A stretch of 64,000 bases of DNA from Clostridia bacterium (GTDB lineage Bacteria > Bacillota > Clostridia > UBA1212 > DUPL01), in the NCBI GenBank assembly GCA_050951325.1, contig JBMNIW010000007.1, positions 42,113 to 106,112 on the forward strand, in the 5' to 3' direction. Below the pieces are notes generated by a model. The model was not told the origin of the DNA, made no database searches, and saw nothing but the letters and a program-made list of their open reading frames with translations. The position numbers and the translations under genes are program-made. Shown here in pieces: positions 46,126 to 55,551 of this stretch. Positions within the stretch are counted from its first letter, which is position 1. Every line of letters begins with the position of its first letter.

Positions 46126-47454
46126 ATGCGTATATTATTAATCAGACCCAAGCCTCACAAGGAAACCATTGGTCTTCAAAACGTAATGATATGCGAGCCG
46201 CTGGAGCTTGAATACGTAAGCGCATACCTGTCAAAACACGGGCATGATGTAACTATTGTGGATAAAATTCTAGAAAGAAAAAGTGTAGCTCACTTTGTGA
46301 AAAAATACAAGCCAGATATGGTAGGCCTTACAGGATACATATCCCATGTGAATGTAATAAAGAAGTATGCGGAAGAAATCAAGAAGGTAAACAAAGACAT
46401 CATTGTCTGTGTAGGCGGTGTTCATGCGGAAGTTTGTCCTGAGGATTTTTCGCATGAATGTATTGACTACGTTCTCAAGGCAAACGCTTTGGACGCTTTC
46501 CTTGGAATTGCGGACAACAGAATTGATATGACAAACATATTGGAAAAAGAAAAATCACAAACCTTCTGCTACCCTTTTCCTGACCGGGAGAAAGTAAAAA
46601 AGTATAGAAAGAAGTACTACTACATGTTCCACAGAAACTGTACGCTGATTAAAACATCCTTTGGATGTCCCTACAACTGCAGCTTCTGTTTTTGCAGGGA
46701 AATCACTGACAACAAATACTTTGCAAGAAGTGTGGAAGATATAATTAATGAACTAAAAACAATAAAGGAAGAAGAAGTCTACATAGTGGACGACAACTTT
46801 CTTTTCAATGCAAATAGATTAAATCATTTCTGCGACATGTTGGAAAAAGAAAACATAAAGAAAAGATACCTGGTTTACGGAAGAGCGGATTTCATTGCCG
46901 AAAACGAGGAAGTTGTTAAAAGGCTTAAGGACAACGGACTTCGGGCGGTAATTGTAGGTCTGGAATCCTGTGATGACAAAATGCTCGAAGGATACAACAA
47001 AAAATCAAACAGCAAGATTAATGAAAAGGCAGTGGCAATACTGAAAAAACATAACATTGAATGCTACGGCACTTTCATACTGGGGATTGACTGGGACAGG
47101 GAAGATTTTAAAAAGCTCAAGGAATGGATTAAAAAACTGGGAATTACCTTTGTAAATCTGCAGCCGTTTACGCCTCTGCCTGGTACTGATATGTATGACT
47201 TGTACAAAGACAAACTTATTGTAAAAAGGGAGGAGTATGAAAAATGGGACATGGCACATCTTGTTGTAAGGCCAACAAAGATATCGGTAAGAAAGTACTA
47301 TCTCTATACAATACTTCTTTACTATAGCACCATGGTCAATCCCAAAAAGAGCATTTATATGATAAAAAAGTACGGCCTTATGGATACATTGAAACTAAGC
47401 ATAGGTGCCTTCAAAGTGAATATGCAATACCTTAAAAAATTTTTAAAGGGATGA
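46126..47454 (+). CDS. Cobalamin-binding radical SAM enzyme
   Basis: PLELEYV, VGGVHA, GCPYNCSFC, VDDNF, GLES, TPLPGT. Confidence 0.9.
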   Translation: MRILLIRPKPHKETIGLQNVMICEPLELEYVSAYLSKHGHDVTIVDKILERKSVAHFVKKYKPDMVGLTGYISHVNVIKKYAEEIKKVNKDIIVCVGGVHAEVCPEDFSHECIDYVLKANALDAFLGIADNRIDMTNILEKEKSQTFCYPFPDREKVKKYRKKYYYMFHRNCTLIKTSFGCPYNCSFCFCREITDNKYFARSVEDIINELKTIKEEEVYIVDDNFLFNANRLNHFCDMLEKENIKKRYLVYGRADFIAENEEVVKRLKDNGLRAVIVGLESCDDKMLEGYNKKSNSKINEKAVAILKKHNIECYGTFILGIDWDREDFKKLKEWIKKLGITFVNLQPFTPLPGTDMYDLYKDKLIVKREEYEKWDMAHLVVRPTKISVRKYYLYTILLYYSTMVNPKKSIYMIKKYGLMDTLKLSIGAFKVNMQYLKKFLKG

Positions 47455-48779
47455 AACACATGAAAAAGAAAATTTTACTCATACAATCAACACCATACGA
47501 TTCACAGGGAAAACTGATAAAAAAATCAAGACTGTATTTTGTAGGTCTTGCCCTCCCTCTTCTTGCAGCCCTTACTCCTGATGACTGGCAAGTGGAAATC
47601 TGTCTTGAGACAATAGAGGATGTACCTTTTGACACTGATTGCGATGTTGTTGGAATCAGCAGCATGGGTCATGCAGTTATAAGGTCCATTGATATTGCAA
47701 AAGAGTTTAAAAAAAGAGGGAAAATTGTACTAATGGGTGGCTATATGACAAGCCTTATGCCCAACGAGGCTAAAAAGTACTGTGATAGTGTAATAATTGG
47801 CGATGCGGAAGAAGTATGGGAAGATGTTTTAAGAGACATAGAGAATAACACATTGAAGGATTATTATGAAAAACCTCTTACAACCTTAAAATATCCAACT
47901 CCCAGGTTTGATTTGATAATGGATAAGAAAATCGGAAACTTTCTTCCTGTGCAGGCAGGAAGAGGCTGCCCGCATTCCTGCAGCTTTTGCTCTGTGGCAT
48001 GCCTTTACAAAAACAAATACTACAGAAGGGAAATAAGTGAGGTTGTAAGAGACATCAAGCAAATAAAAGAGCTTGGTTTTAACAGATTTCTTCTCTTGGA
48101 TGACAATATTGCATCGGACCCAGGTTATATGCTTGAACTTTGTCAGGAGATTAAGAAGCTTGACATGAAGTGGATGAGTCAGTGTTCAATAAACATTGCG
48201 AGGAACGACAAACTTTTGAATGTCGTTGCAGAAAGTGGTTGCGATGTATTGAGTTTTGGTCTTGAAAGCATCTCAAAGGAAAGTCTTGATGCAATGAACA
48301 AAAGATGGGCAAATCCGAAGGAGTATAATGTTTTGCTCAAGAAAATCAGGGATGCAGGTATTGATGTTTCTACTGAGATGGTGGTGGGAGCGGATGGTGA
48401 TACTCTTGAGACAATAAAAGACACCGCCAAATTTATTGAAGTCAACAAGGTCGCAGTCCCCAGATTCTACATCCTGACCCCTATTCCAGGTACTGCTTTC
48501 TTTGAGGAAATGAAGAAGGAAAACAGGATTTACATAGAAGACATATACTCATACAATGGAAGCGAATGCGTGCACATCCCAAAAAACATGTCACCGGAAG
48601 AGCTTACCAAAGCATATTGGGATTTGTATAATAATGTTTTCAAGATAAGAAGCATTCTAAAAAGAACTATATTCCAAAAAAGGTTCTTTAAAAAACCCCT
48701 CACCTATATCTTTTACTTCTATGTAAATCTGTACTACAGGTATCAGATAAAAAGAAAAATTACACCAAATATTATCTAG
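47451..48779 (+). CDS. Cobalamin-binding radical SAM enzyme
   Basis: LPLLAALTP, GDAE, RGCPHSCSFC, LDDNI, GLES, TPIPGT. Confidence 0.9.
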   Translation: MKHMKKKILLIQSTPYDSQGKLIKKSRLYFVGLALPLLAALTPDDWQVEICLETIEDVPFDTDCDVVGISSMGHAVIRSIDIAKEFKKRGKIVLMGGYMTSLMPNEAKKYCDSVIIGDAEEVWEDVLRDIENNTLKDYYEKPLTTLKYPTPRFDLIMDKKIGNFLPVQAGRGCPHSCSFCSVACLYKNKYYRREISEVVRDIKQIKELGFNRFLLLDDNIASDPGYMLELCQEIKKLDMKWMSQCSINIARNDKLLNVVAESGCDVLSFGLESISKESLDAMNKRWANPKEYNVLLKKIRDAGIDVSTEMVVGADGDTLETIKDTAKFIEVNKVAVPRFYILTPIPGTAFFEEMKKENRIYIEDIYSYNGSECVHIPKNMSPEELTKAYWDLYNNVFKIRSILKRTIFQKRFFKKPLTYIFYFYVNLYYRYQIKRKITPNII

Positions 48780-48785
48780 ATAATA

Positions 48786-48815
48786 AAAGAATCGGGGCAC
48801 GAGCCCCGATTCTTT
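48786..48815. terminator. Bidirectional intrinsic terminator
   Basis: AAAGAATCGGGGC-ACGA-GCCCCGATTCTTT. Confidence 0.85.
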
Positions 48816-48827
48816 ATTGATCCACTA

Positions 48828-49514
48828 TTACCTTCTGTTGGGCGGAACATAGTTTTCCGCTTCCTCAAGTGTTGCAAAGAACCCAATATAGTCTACGGTT
48901 ATTGTGGAATCAAGTGGAGGACTGGCAAGAATGTCTGCACGTAAAGCAGTGATGGTTTCTGCTCCCTCTTTCAGCTCACTAAGGTTAATGATAACCTCCT
49001 GCCATTCTTCCGATGGATCAGCTTGAAAATCATAATGCTGATCAGGACCGGATATTTTCTCTCCATCAAATGCTATGTAAAACTGTCCTCTTGTTACTCC
49101 TGTTGTATGCTTAAAGAACATCTTGAGATATGGATACTCCGAGAGTTCCAAAAAACCATCGGGGAATGGAATATAGAAATACGGATCGGGCTTGGTTATA
49201 ACTGTTATCACCAGACCTTCTTCTGTAAATTCCAATTCTGCATTTGTAGGTCTTATAAATCCCTCAAACATAGTATCAACAATATCCTCCCCCTCGAATG
49301 CAAAGCGGTATAAAATTGCCTTTACCTCCGCATCAGGATCCGGTGTAGGTGAAGGTGTTGGTTCAGGTGTATCCGTAGGTTCAGGTGTATCTGTTGGCTC
49401 GGGTGTTGCTGTTGGTTCCGGAGTATTCTCCTCCTCATCCTTTTGCTGGCACCCTGCAAAAGACACAACCATTAATACTGCCATAATGACTGCTAACACT
49501 TTTATAATTTTCAT
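48828..49514 (-). CDS. Lipoprotein with PT/EPT linker (paralog 1)
   Basis: ATG after AGGAGG; lipobox FAGC; closely similar to 49558..50256. Confidence 0.75.
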   Translation of the reverse strand: MKIIKVLAVIMAVLMVVSFAGCQQKDEEENTPEPTATPEPTDTPEPTDTPEPTPSPTPDPDAEVKAILYRFAFEGEDIVDTMFEGFIRPTNAELEFTEEGLVITVITKPDPYFYIPFPDGFLELSEYPYLKMFFKHTTGVTRGQFYIAFDGEKISGPDQHYDFQADPSEEWQEVIINLSELKEGAETITALRADILASPPLDSTITVDYIGFFATLEEAENYVPPNRR

Positions 49515-49557
49515 GTACCCCCTCCTAGCAAATACTTTTATGCTTTTATCAATTGAT

Positions 49558-50256
49558 TTATTCACCTTGCTCAACCCTTCTGTTAGGCGGAACATATTCC
49601 TCAGCTGCCTCCAGAGTTGCAAAGAATCCAAAATAATCTATAGTTATTGTGGATTCAAGAGGAGGATTGCCTAACAGGTCTGCACGAAATGCAGTAATCG
49701 TTTCTGCTCCTTCTTTCAGCTCACTAAGGTTGATAATTACCTCTTGCCAGTCATCTGTTTCTTCAGCATCAAAACGGTAATGCTGTTCGTCACTGGTAAT
49801 TTGTTCCCCATCAAAACCAATATATAACTGTCCCGCAGTTATCTTTGATGAGTTCTTGAAGAGAAGTTTGAAATATGGATACTCTGAAAGATCCAAATAA
49901 CCATCAGGGAATGGGACAAAGAAATATGGGTCGGTTTGCTTTTCAACCGTTATTAACAATCCCTCTTCCGTATATTCCATAATAGCATTCATGGAATTTA
50001 TAAACCCATTGAACATGGTATCTACAATATCCTCACCTTCAAATGCAAAGCGATACAAAATCGCATCTACCTCCGCATCTGGATCAGGCGTAGGTGAAGG
50101 CGTTGGTTCGGGTGTATCTGTTGGCTCGGGTGTATCTGTTGGAACTGGCGTGGCAGTAGGCTCCGGAGTTGGTTCCTCTCCACCATTTTTGCACCCTGCA
50201 AATGAGAAGATAATAATAACAGCCATAAGAATAAAAAACACTTTTATGTACTTCAT
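49558..50256 (-). CDS. Lipoprotein with PT/EPT linker (paralog 2)
   Basis: Lipobox FAGC; shares AILYRFAFEGEDIVDTMF and WQEVIINLSELKEGAETITA. Confidence 0.75.
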   Translation of the reverse strand: MKYIKVFFILMAVIIIFSFAGCKNGGEEPTPEPTATPVPTDTPEPTDTPEPTPSPTPDPDAEVDAILYRFAFEGEDIVDTMFNGFINSMNAIMEYTEEGLLITVEKQTDPYFFVPFPDGYLDLSEYPYFKLLFKNSSKITAGQLYIGFDGEQITSDEQHYRFDAEETDDWQEVIINLSELKEGAETITAFRADLLGNPPLESTITIDYFGFFATLEAAEEYVPPNRRVEQGE

Positions 50257-50414
50257 ACGGGTACCTCCATCCGATACTTAATTCTGTATTTATAGTTTAT
50301 ATAAAATAAAATAAATTTCAAGATGTTTTTTTACAATTGTAACATTTTTTAGTTTAATTAAATAACATATAAATACTGATACCATTTAACCAGCATTGTC
50401 TTGGAGGATAGAAT

Positions 50415-51875
50415 ATGTTATGCAAAAAGTGCCAGCGCCCTTTGGATAATGATACGTATTTGTGCAAGGAATGTACTGACAGATACCCCTTTCTTTATGT
50501 TAAGAAAGACTCTGATTTGTACTTGATGCAGAAAAAGGGTTACAAGATTGGTTCTTTTGGAATGGATCTCATTTTATCAAAAATATTGATATCCGAAGAT
50601 GGAAGAATAATATTTTTTACATTGTTTAGCAGCAAAGATAAAAGAACTCTAATGTACCATGACCTAAAATCCGATGACACTTCCTTGGGATTTATCGCTG
50701 ACAATGTGATAGAGTTTCAAGTAAGCGAAAAGGGCGACATTGTCTACTTTATCGACATCTCCAACACGCTATATTATTTTGATTTCAACAAGACGGAAAG
50801 AATATCCGACATTGCCTTTTCGTTGCAAATCAGCAAAGACGGCAACTACCTGGTATATGAAAATTCTGATTCATACTTTTTGTATAATCATGAAAAAGAA
50901 AAGAGCGATTTTATTGACTGCAATATTGATTTTGTTGAGATGTCTCCTGATTTCAACACAATGCTATATATAAAAGACAACACATTATATAGATTTACAA
51001 AAGATTTGGAAAAAGAAAGTATCAAGGACGGTGTCAAAGAGGTAATATACATAAACGATAACGAATTCTATTACATAAACTTGGAGGACGAATTATGCTT
51101 TCATGACAATAAAGGGTCCAGATCCGTATTAGATGCGAGCAAAATTTTGTTTATAAAGAAAATCTGCAAAGAGAAACCCGTTCTGGTGGTTACCGTAGGA
51201 TTCAGTCTTAATTTGCTTGTGTTAAGGGATAAATTTCTAATACTTAATATGCACAGTCTTGTTAATGATTTTGTTTTCAATTCTTCGTTGACAAGATTTG
51301 CATTCGTTAGTACTAAAACGACTGAAGACGATCTGTTATACAACCTTTGCGTGTATGACTTGGATAAGTACGCTTTGCATGAAATTACAGATAATGTTAT
51401 TTTCCACAGTTATCTTCCCAATGACCAACTGATCTACGGAGTATGGAATGAAAGACTCGTTGAACTTTACATCGACGATAAGAAAATTGATACAGGAAGG
51501 TTTCATGAAGTATGTACCGATAATGAAGGCAACATTTATTACGTAAAAGCAAAGAGGATAAACGGGAGTGTCGAAAGAGACCTATACTTCTACGATATTA
51601 AACAGAATAAAACCACCCTTATAGCGAAAGACATTATTGACTTTTACCACATATGCAAGAATATGATTTACTATTACAAGGACAATTACACCACCTTTGA
51701 TGTTCAAAATTACAACCTGTACCTCTTTGACGGTGAAAAAAGTAAACTTCTTGATTTCGGGTTGAGAAAACACTTGTGGCTTGACAGGATATCACATGGC
51801 AGAAGCGACAAATATCAGCCCGCCTATATCTGCGGTTACGATATCTACTGGTTATATTTGGGCAGCTTTTATTAA
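50415..51875 (+). CDS. Hypothetical protein: zinc ribbon plus beta-propeller-like repeats
   Basis: CKKC..CKEC N-terminus; repeated ISEDG/ISKDG/MSPDF and YY..LY units. Confidence 0.6.
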   Translation: MLCKKCQRPLDNDTYLCKECTDRYPFLYVKKDSDLYLMQKKGYKIGSFGMDLILSKILISEDGRIIFFTLFSSKDKRTLMYHDLKSDDTSLGFIADNVIEFQVSEKGDIVYFIDISNTLYYFDFNKTERISDIAFSLQISKDGNYLVYENSDSYFLYNHEKEKSDFIDCNIDFVEMSPDFNTMLYIKDNTLYRFTKDLEKESIKDGVKEVIYINDNEFYYINLEDELCFHDNKGSRSVLDASKILFIKKICKEKPVLVVTVGFSLNLLVLRDKFLILNMHSLVNDFVFNSSLTRFAFVSTKTTEDDLLYNLCVYDLDKYALHEITDNVIFHSYLPNDQLIYGVWNERLVELYIDDKKIDTGRFHEVCTDNEGNIYYVKAKRINGSVERDLYFYDIKQNKTTLIAKDIIDFYHICKNMIYYYKDNYTTFDVQNYNLYLFDGEKSKLLDFGLRKHLWLDRISHGRSDKYQPAYICGYDIYWLYLGSFY

Positions 51876-52438
51876 TATTTCACCGTATCACCGTTCTTCC
51901 TGCCGCTTGCCAGAGCAAAGGATGCTTCTTTTACCGCCTGCTTTTTGTAGTCATTGTTCCACCGGTTGACACCTATGTAATCAAATATGTATGCATTTGC
52001 ATGCCTGCAAAAGCGTTCCATCTGCTCAAGACAGGTCAATATGCCATTGCCTGATCCCCCAGCCACTGCAATAAGAAGTACCTGCTTTCCTACAAGCACT
52101 TCCTTGTGGTGGTAGTCATATCTGCGTAGTCTATCAAGAAAGGACTTCAAGGCTTCGGATGTCTCTCCCCAGTACACCGGTGTTGCAATAATGATTGCAT
52201 CACTATCCTTTACCCTTTCCTTTATCTCATTAAATCCATCGTCTCCGTATTCACACTCGCCTGTCACACATGCACCCCAGCCATTTCCACAAACCTTGCA
52301 CCTTTCTATTTCAGTGTCGCACAGTCTTACCTCATCCACCTGCCCGCCTGCTTCAACAACCCCCTGTTTTGCCGCTTTAATAACCGAATGACTAAGTCCT
52401 TTTGATTTTGGCGTGCCTGATAGTATGCATATCTTCAC
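51872..52438 (-). CDS. Flavodoxin-like / iron-sulfur flavoprotein (FMN reductase family)
   Basis: SGTPK, CKVC..C..C, IATPVYWG, LKSFLDR; start codon uncertain. Confidence 0.8.
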   Translation of the reverse strand: MKICILSGTPKSKGLSHSVIKAAKQGVVEAGGQVDEVRLCDTEIERCKVCGNGWGACVTGECEYGDDGFNEIKERVKDSDAIIIATPVYWGETSEALKSFLDRLRRYDYHHKEVLVGKQVLLIAVAGGSGNGILTCLEQMERFCRHANAYIFDYIGVNRWNNDYKKQAVKEASFALASGRKNGDTVKY

Positions 52439-52557
52439 TCCTATCATTCCTTTCATTGTTGATTTCCCTATCATCATATTACACAATCCTATTGAATATA
52501 CTTGATTATACACTATATATCCTACTAATGAACTTGGAAATATGTTAATTTTACATA

Positions 52558-52586
52558 TTGACATTGTAAGGTATATTAAGTATCAT
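52558..52586 (+). promoter_or_regulatory. Sigma-A promoter for the ABC operon
   Basis: TTGACA-17 bp-TATCAT. Confidence 0.75.
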
Positions 52587-52592
52587 AGTAAA

Positions 52593-52684
52593 AAATTAAA
52601 AAGGCCTTGAAAAAAGCAGGGTACAAGAATTGGCATTATGGTAGGTACATCCCTGTATGGCTCAGGGGCTTTTTTATTTCATAA
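52593..52684 (+). promoter_or_regulatory. Putative attenuator leader
   Basis: CCCTG-N7-CAGGG stem followed by a T-run; competing pairing of CAGGGTAC with GTAC(AT)CCCTG. Confidence 0.45.
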
Positions 52685-52721
52685 TCAAATCATATATTTT
52701 GTAGCATGGAGGTAAGGTAGA

Positions 52722-53699
52722 ATGAAAAGAAAATTATCAATCGTATTGATTATGTGTATCTTTGTATCTTTAATCGCTGGTTGTACAGGTGGAAATGACG
52801 GTAAAATCGTCATAGGCATCATCCAGTACATGGACCATATCGCATTGGATTCAGCCCGCGAGGGATTCATCGAGGCTCTCAAAGACAACGGCTATATTGT
52901 AGGAGATAACCTTGTCATTGATTATCAGAACGCACAGGGCGATCAAAGTAATCTGGGTTCCATCAGTGATCAGTTTGTCAACAAAAATGTAGACTTGGTA
53001 CTGGCAATTGCAACGCCTGCTGCACAAACAATTGCTGGAAAAACAAAAGAAATCCCCATTCTTGCTACCGCTGTTACTGACTTTGAGTCTGCAAGGCTTG
53101 TAGAGTCAAATGAAAAACCCGGCGGTAATGTAACTGGAACCACTGACATGAACCCAATCAAGGAGCAGATGGACCTTTTGGTTAAACTGGTTCCAGACAC
53201 AAAGACGGTGGGTGTTCTTTACACATCCAGCGAAGACAACTCAATTACCCAGGCAAAAATTGCAAAGGAAGTAATTGAAAATCTTGGTCTTACATATGTG
53301 GAGGTTACTGTTACAAACACCAACGATGTTCAGCAGGCAACTCAGCAAATAGTTGATATGTGCGATGCCATATACATCCCCACTGACAACACCTTTGCTT
53401 CAGCCATGCCTGTTGTTTATGGTGTAACAAAGGAATCAAAAACCCCTGTCATTTGCGGTGAATCCGGCATGGTTAAGCAGGGCGGTCTTGCAACCCTTGG
53501 TATCAATTACAGGGATCTTGGTTATCAAACAGGCCTTATGGCTGTTAAAATCCTGAAAGGCGATGCAAAACCAAAAGATATGTCCGTTGAAGCTTCAACC
53601 AAGTTTGACTTCTATATAAACGGAGATGTGGCAGACGAAATTGGTTTGGAAATACCTGAAGACCTTAAACAATATGTAGTATATGGAGAGAACAAATAA
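52722..53699 (+). CDS. ABC substrate-binding lipoprotein (COG2984, Trp/Tyr-type)
   Basis: Lipobox IAGC; HIALD, NAQGD, IATPAAQ, PGGNVTGT, PTDN. Confidence 0.88.
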   Translation: MKRKLSIVLIMCIFVSLIAGCTGGNDGKIVIGIIQYMDHIALDSAREGFIEALKDNGYIVGDNLVIDYQNAQGDQSNLGSISDQFVNKNVDLVLAIATPAAQTIAGKTKEIPILATAVTDFESARLVESNEKPGGNVTGTTDMNPIKEQMDLLVKLVPDTKTVGVLYTSSEDNSITQAKIAKEVIENLGLTYVEVTVTNTNDVQQATQQIVDMCDAIYIPTDNTFASAMPVVYGVTKESKTPVICGESGMVKQGGLATLGINYRDLGYQTGLMAVKILKGDAKPKDMSVEASTKFDFYINGDVADEIGLEIPEDLKQYVVYGENK

Positions 53700-53731
53700 C
53701 AAGCATTGATGCTTTGAAAGAGTGAAAATAA

Positions 53732-54646
53732 ATGTTGAATATTATTCTAGGCGCTGTCTCCCTTGGACTCATTTGGGCGATAATGACCATTGGTGTATAC
53801 ATAACATACAGAATACTGGGCATTGCAGATTTGACCGTGGAAGGAACCCTTGCCATGGGTGCTGCAATTGCTGCAAACAGCATAAGTAATGGCACAAACC
53901 CCTATCTTGCAACCCTCCTCGCATTATTGGGCGGACTTGCAGCTGGACTTGCAACAGGATTATTGCATACAAAGTTGAGAATACCTGCACTTTTGTCAGG
54001 TATTCTCACCATGATTGCTTTGTATTCAATCAACCTTCGCATAATGGGAAGAGCCAATATTTCGCTTTTGAACAGGAAGACAGTATACACCCCATTTCAA
54101 AACATATTTGAAAAGTACAATCTCAGCACTGTGATTTATCCAGTAATCGCAGTAGGCCTTATAACAGTTATGATTATCGTATGTTTCCTTTACTGGTTCT
54201 TTGGGACCGAGATAGGATGCGCCATCCGCGCAACAGGAAACAACCCCAACATGGTCCGCGCCCAGGGAATAAATACAAATACCATGGTAATAGTCGGGCT
54301 TGTGTTCAGCAATGGGCTTGTGGCCATTAGCGGATCATTGTATGCCCAAAGCCAGAACTTTGCAGATATCCAAATGGGACAGGGCTCCATAGTTATTGGC
54401 CTTGCCTCAGTCATCATTGGAGAAGTTCTGTTTGGAAAGAGAAACTTCTTCTCACGATTGATTGCTCTTGTACTAGGTGCAATTACATACAGGATAATAA
54501 TTGCGCTGGTGCTCATGATGGGAATGCCTGCAAACGACCTTAAACTGTTTACAGCCCTTACAGTTGCAATTGCACTGGCTCTGCCAATGTTTGGCGAATA
54601 CCTGAACACTATAAAAAATTCCTTCAGGAGGCGAAACAATGCTTGA
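53732..54646 (+). CDS. ABC permease (COG4120)
   Basis: ADLTVEG, ALYSINLRIMG, RATGNN, GLASVIIGE. Confidence 0.88.
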   Translation: MLNIILGAVSLGLIWAIMTIGVYITYRILGIADLTVEGTLAMGAAIAANSISNGTNPYLATLLALLGGLAAGLATGLLHTKLRIPALLSGILTMIALYSINLRIMGRANISLLNRKTVYTPFQNIFEKYNLSTVIYPVIAVGLITVMIIVCFLYWFFGTEIGCAIRATGNNPNMVRAQGINTNTMVIVGLVFSNGLVAISGSLYAQSQNFADIQMGQGSIVIGLASVIIGEVLFGKRNFFSRLIALVLGAITYRIIIALVLMMGMPANDLKLFTALTVAIALALPMFGEYLNTIKNSFRRRNNA

Positions 54647-55433
54647 GGTTAAAAATCTTAAAAAGATATTCAATGCAGGCACGATTAATGAAAAGGTTGC
54701 TTTGGACGATGTAAGTCTGACCCTTTCTGAAGGAGACTTTGTAACACTGATTGGCGGAAATGGTGCTGGAAAGTCCACCCTTTTAAACTGCATTGCAGGA
54801 GTGCACATGGTGGATGAAGGACAGATACTGATTGATGGAAAAGATGTAACCAGAATACCCGAACATAAAAGAGCGGCATACTTAGGAAGGGTTTTCCAAG
54901 ACCCCATGATGGGAACTGCAGCAAACATGGGAATTGAAGAAAACCTTGCACTAAGCTATAGGCGTGGAAAAAACCGCACATTGAAATGGGGTATTAGCAA
55001 CAAGGAAAGGGACGTCTACAAAGAGCTATTAAGCACATTGGACTTAGGGCTTGAGAACCGCCTGAGTGACAAGGTGGGTCTTCTTTCCGGAGGACAAAGA
55101 CAGGCACTCACCCTATTAATGGCGACTTTGATAAAACCAAAGCTTTTGCTTCTTGACGAGCATACGGCAGCTCTTGACCCAAAAACTGCTGAAAAAGTTT
55201 TAAAGCTTACGGATAAAATAGTGGAAGAAGGAAAACTAACCACATTGATGGTTACACATAATATGAGAGATGCGATAAATCACGGAAACCGCCTGATTAT
55301 GATGTCAAACGGAAAAATAATACTTGATATTACGGGTGAAGAAAAAAGAAATCTGACAGTCGAAAGCCTCCTTGAAAGGTTTGGCAAAGTGTCTGGCGAA
55401 GAGTTTGCAAACGACAGAGCGCTGCTCTCATAA
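54639..55433 (+). CDS. ABC ATPase (COG1101)
   Basis: GGNGAGKST, VFQDP, LSGGQRQAL, LDEHTAALDP. Confidence 0.92.
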   Translation: MLEVKNLKKIFNAGTINEKVALDDVSLTLSEGDFVTLIGGNGAGKSTLLNCIAGVHMVDEGQILIDGKDVTRIPEHKRAAYLGRVFQDPMMGTAANMGIEENLALSYRRGKNRTLKWGISNKERDVYKELLSTLDLGLENRLSDKVGLLSGGQRQALTLLMATLIKPKLLLLDEHTAALDPKTAEKVLKLTDKIVEEGKLTTLMVTHNMRDAINHGNRLIMMSNGKIILDITGEEKRNLTVESLLERFGKVSGEEFANDRALLS

Positions 55434-55441
55434 ATTTTTTT

Positions 55442-55470
55442 GTCTGGAATATTGCTCCAGACTTTTTTTT
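55442..55470 (+). terminator. Intrinsic terminator
   Basis: GTCTGGA-N7-TCCAGAC followed by T8. Confidence 0.75.
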
Positions 55471-55551
55471 ATATGATAAAATACAATTAGTGAATTGCAA
55501 ACGCAGATTTGGATAAATTAAATAAGAAAAAATATAACAGGAGGGACCAAA

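Noticed and set aside
49340-50170. Short tandem DNA repeats
   Set aside because: They encode Pro/Thr linkers, as also at ~16230, ~26650, ~27360 and ~63380
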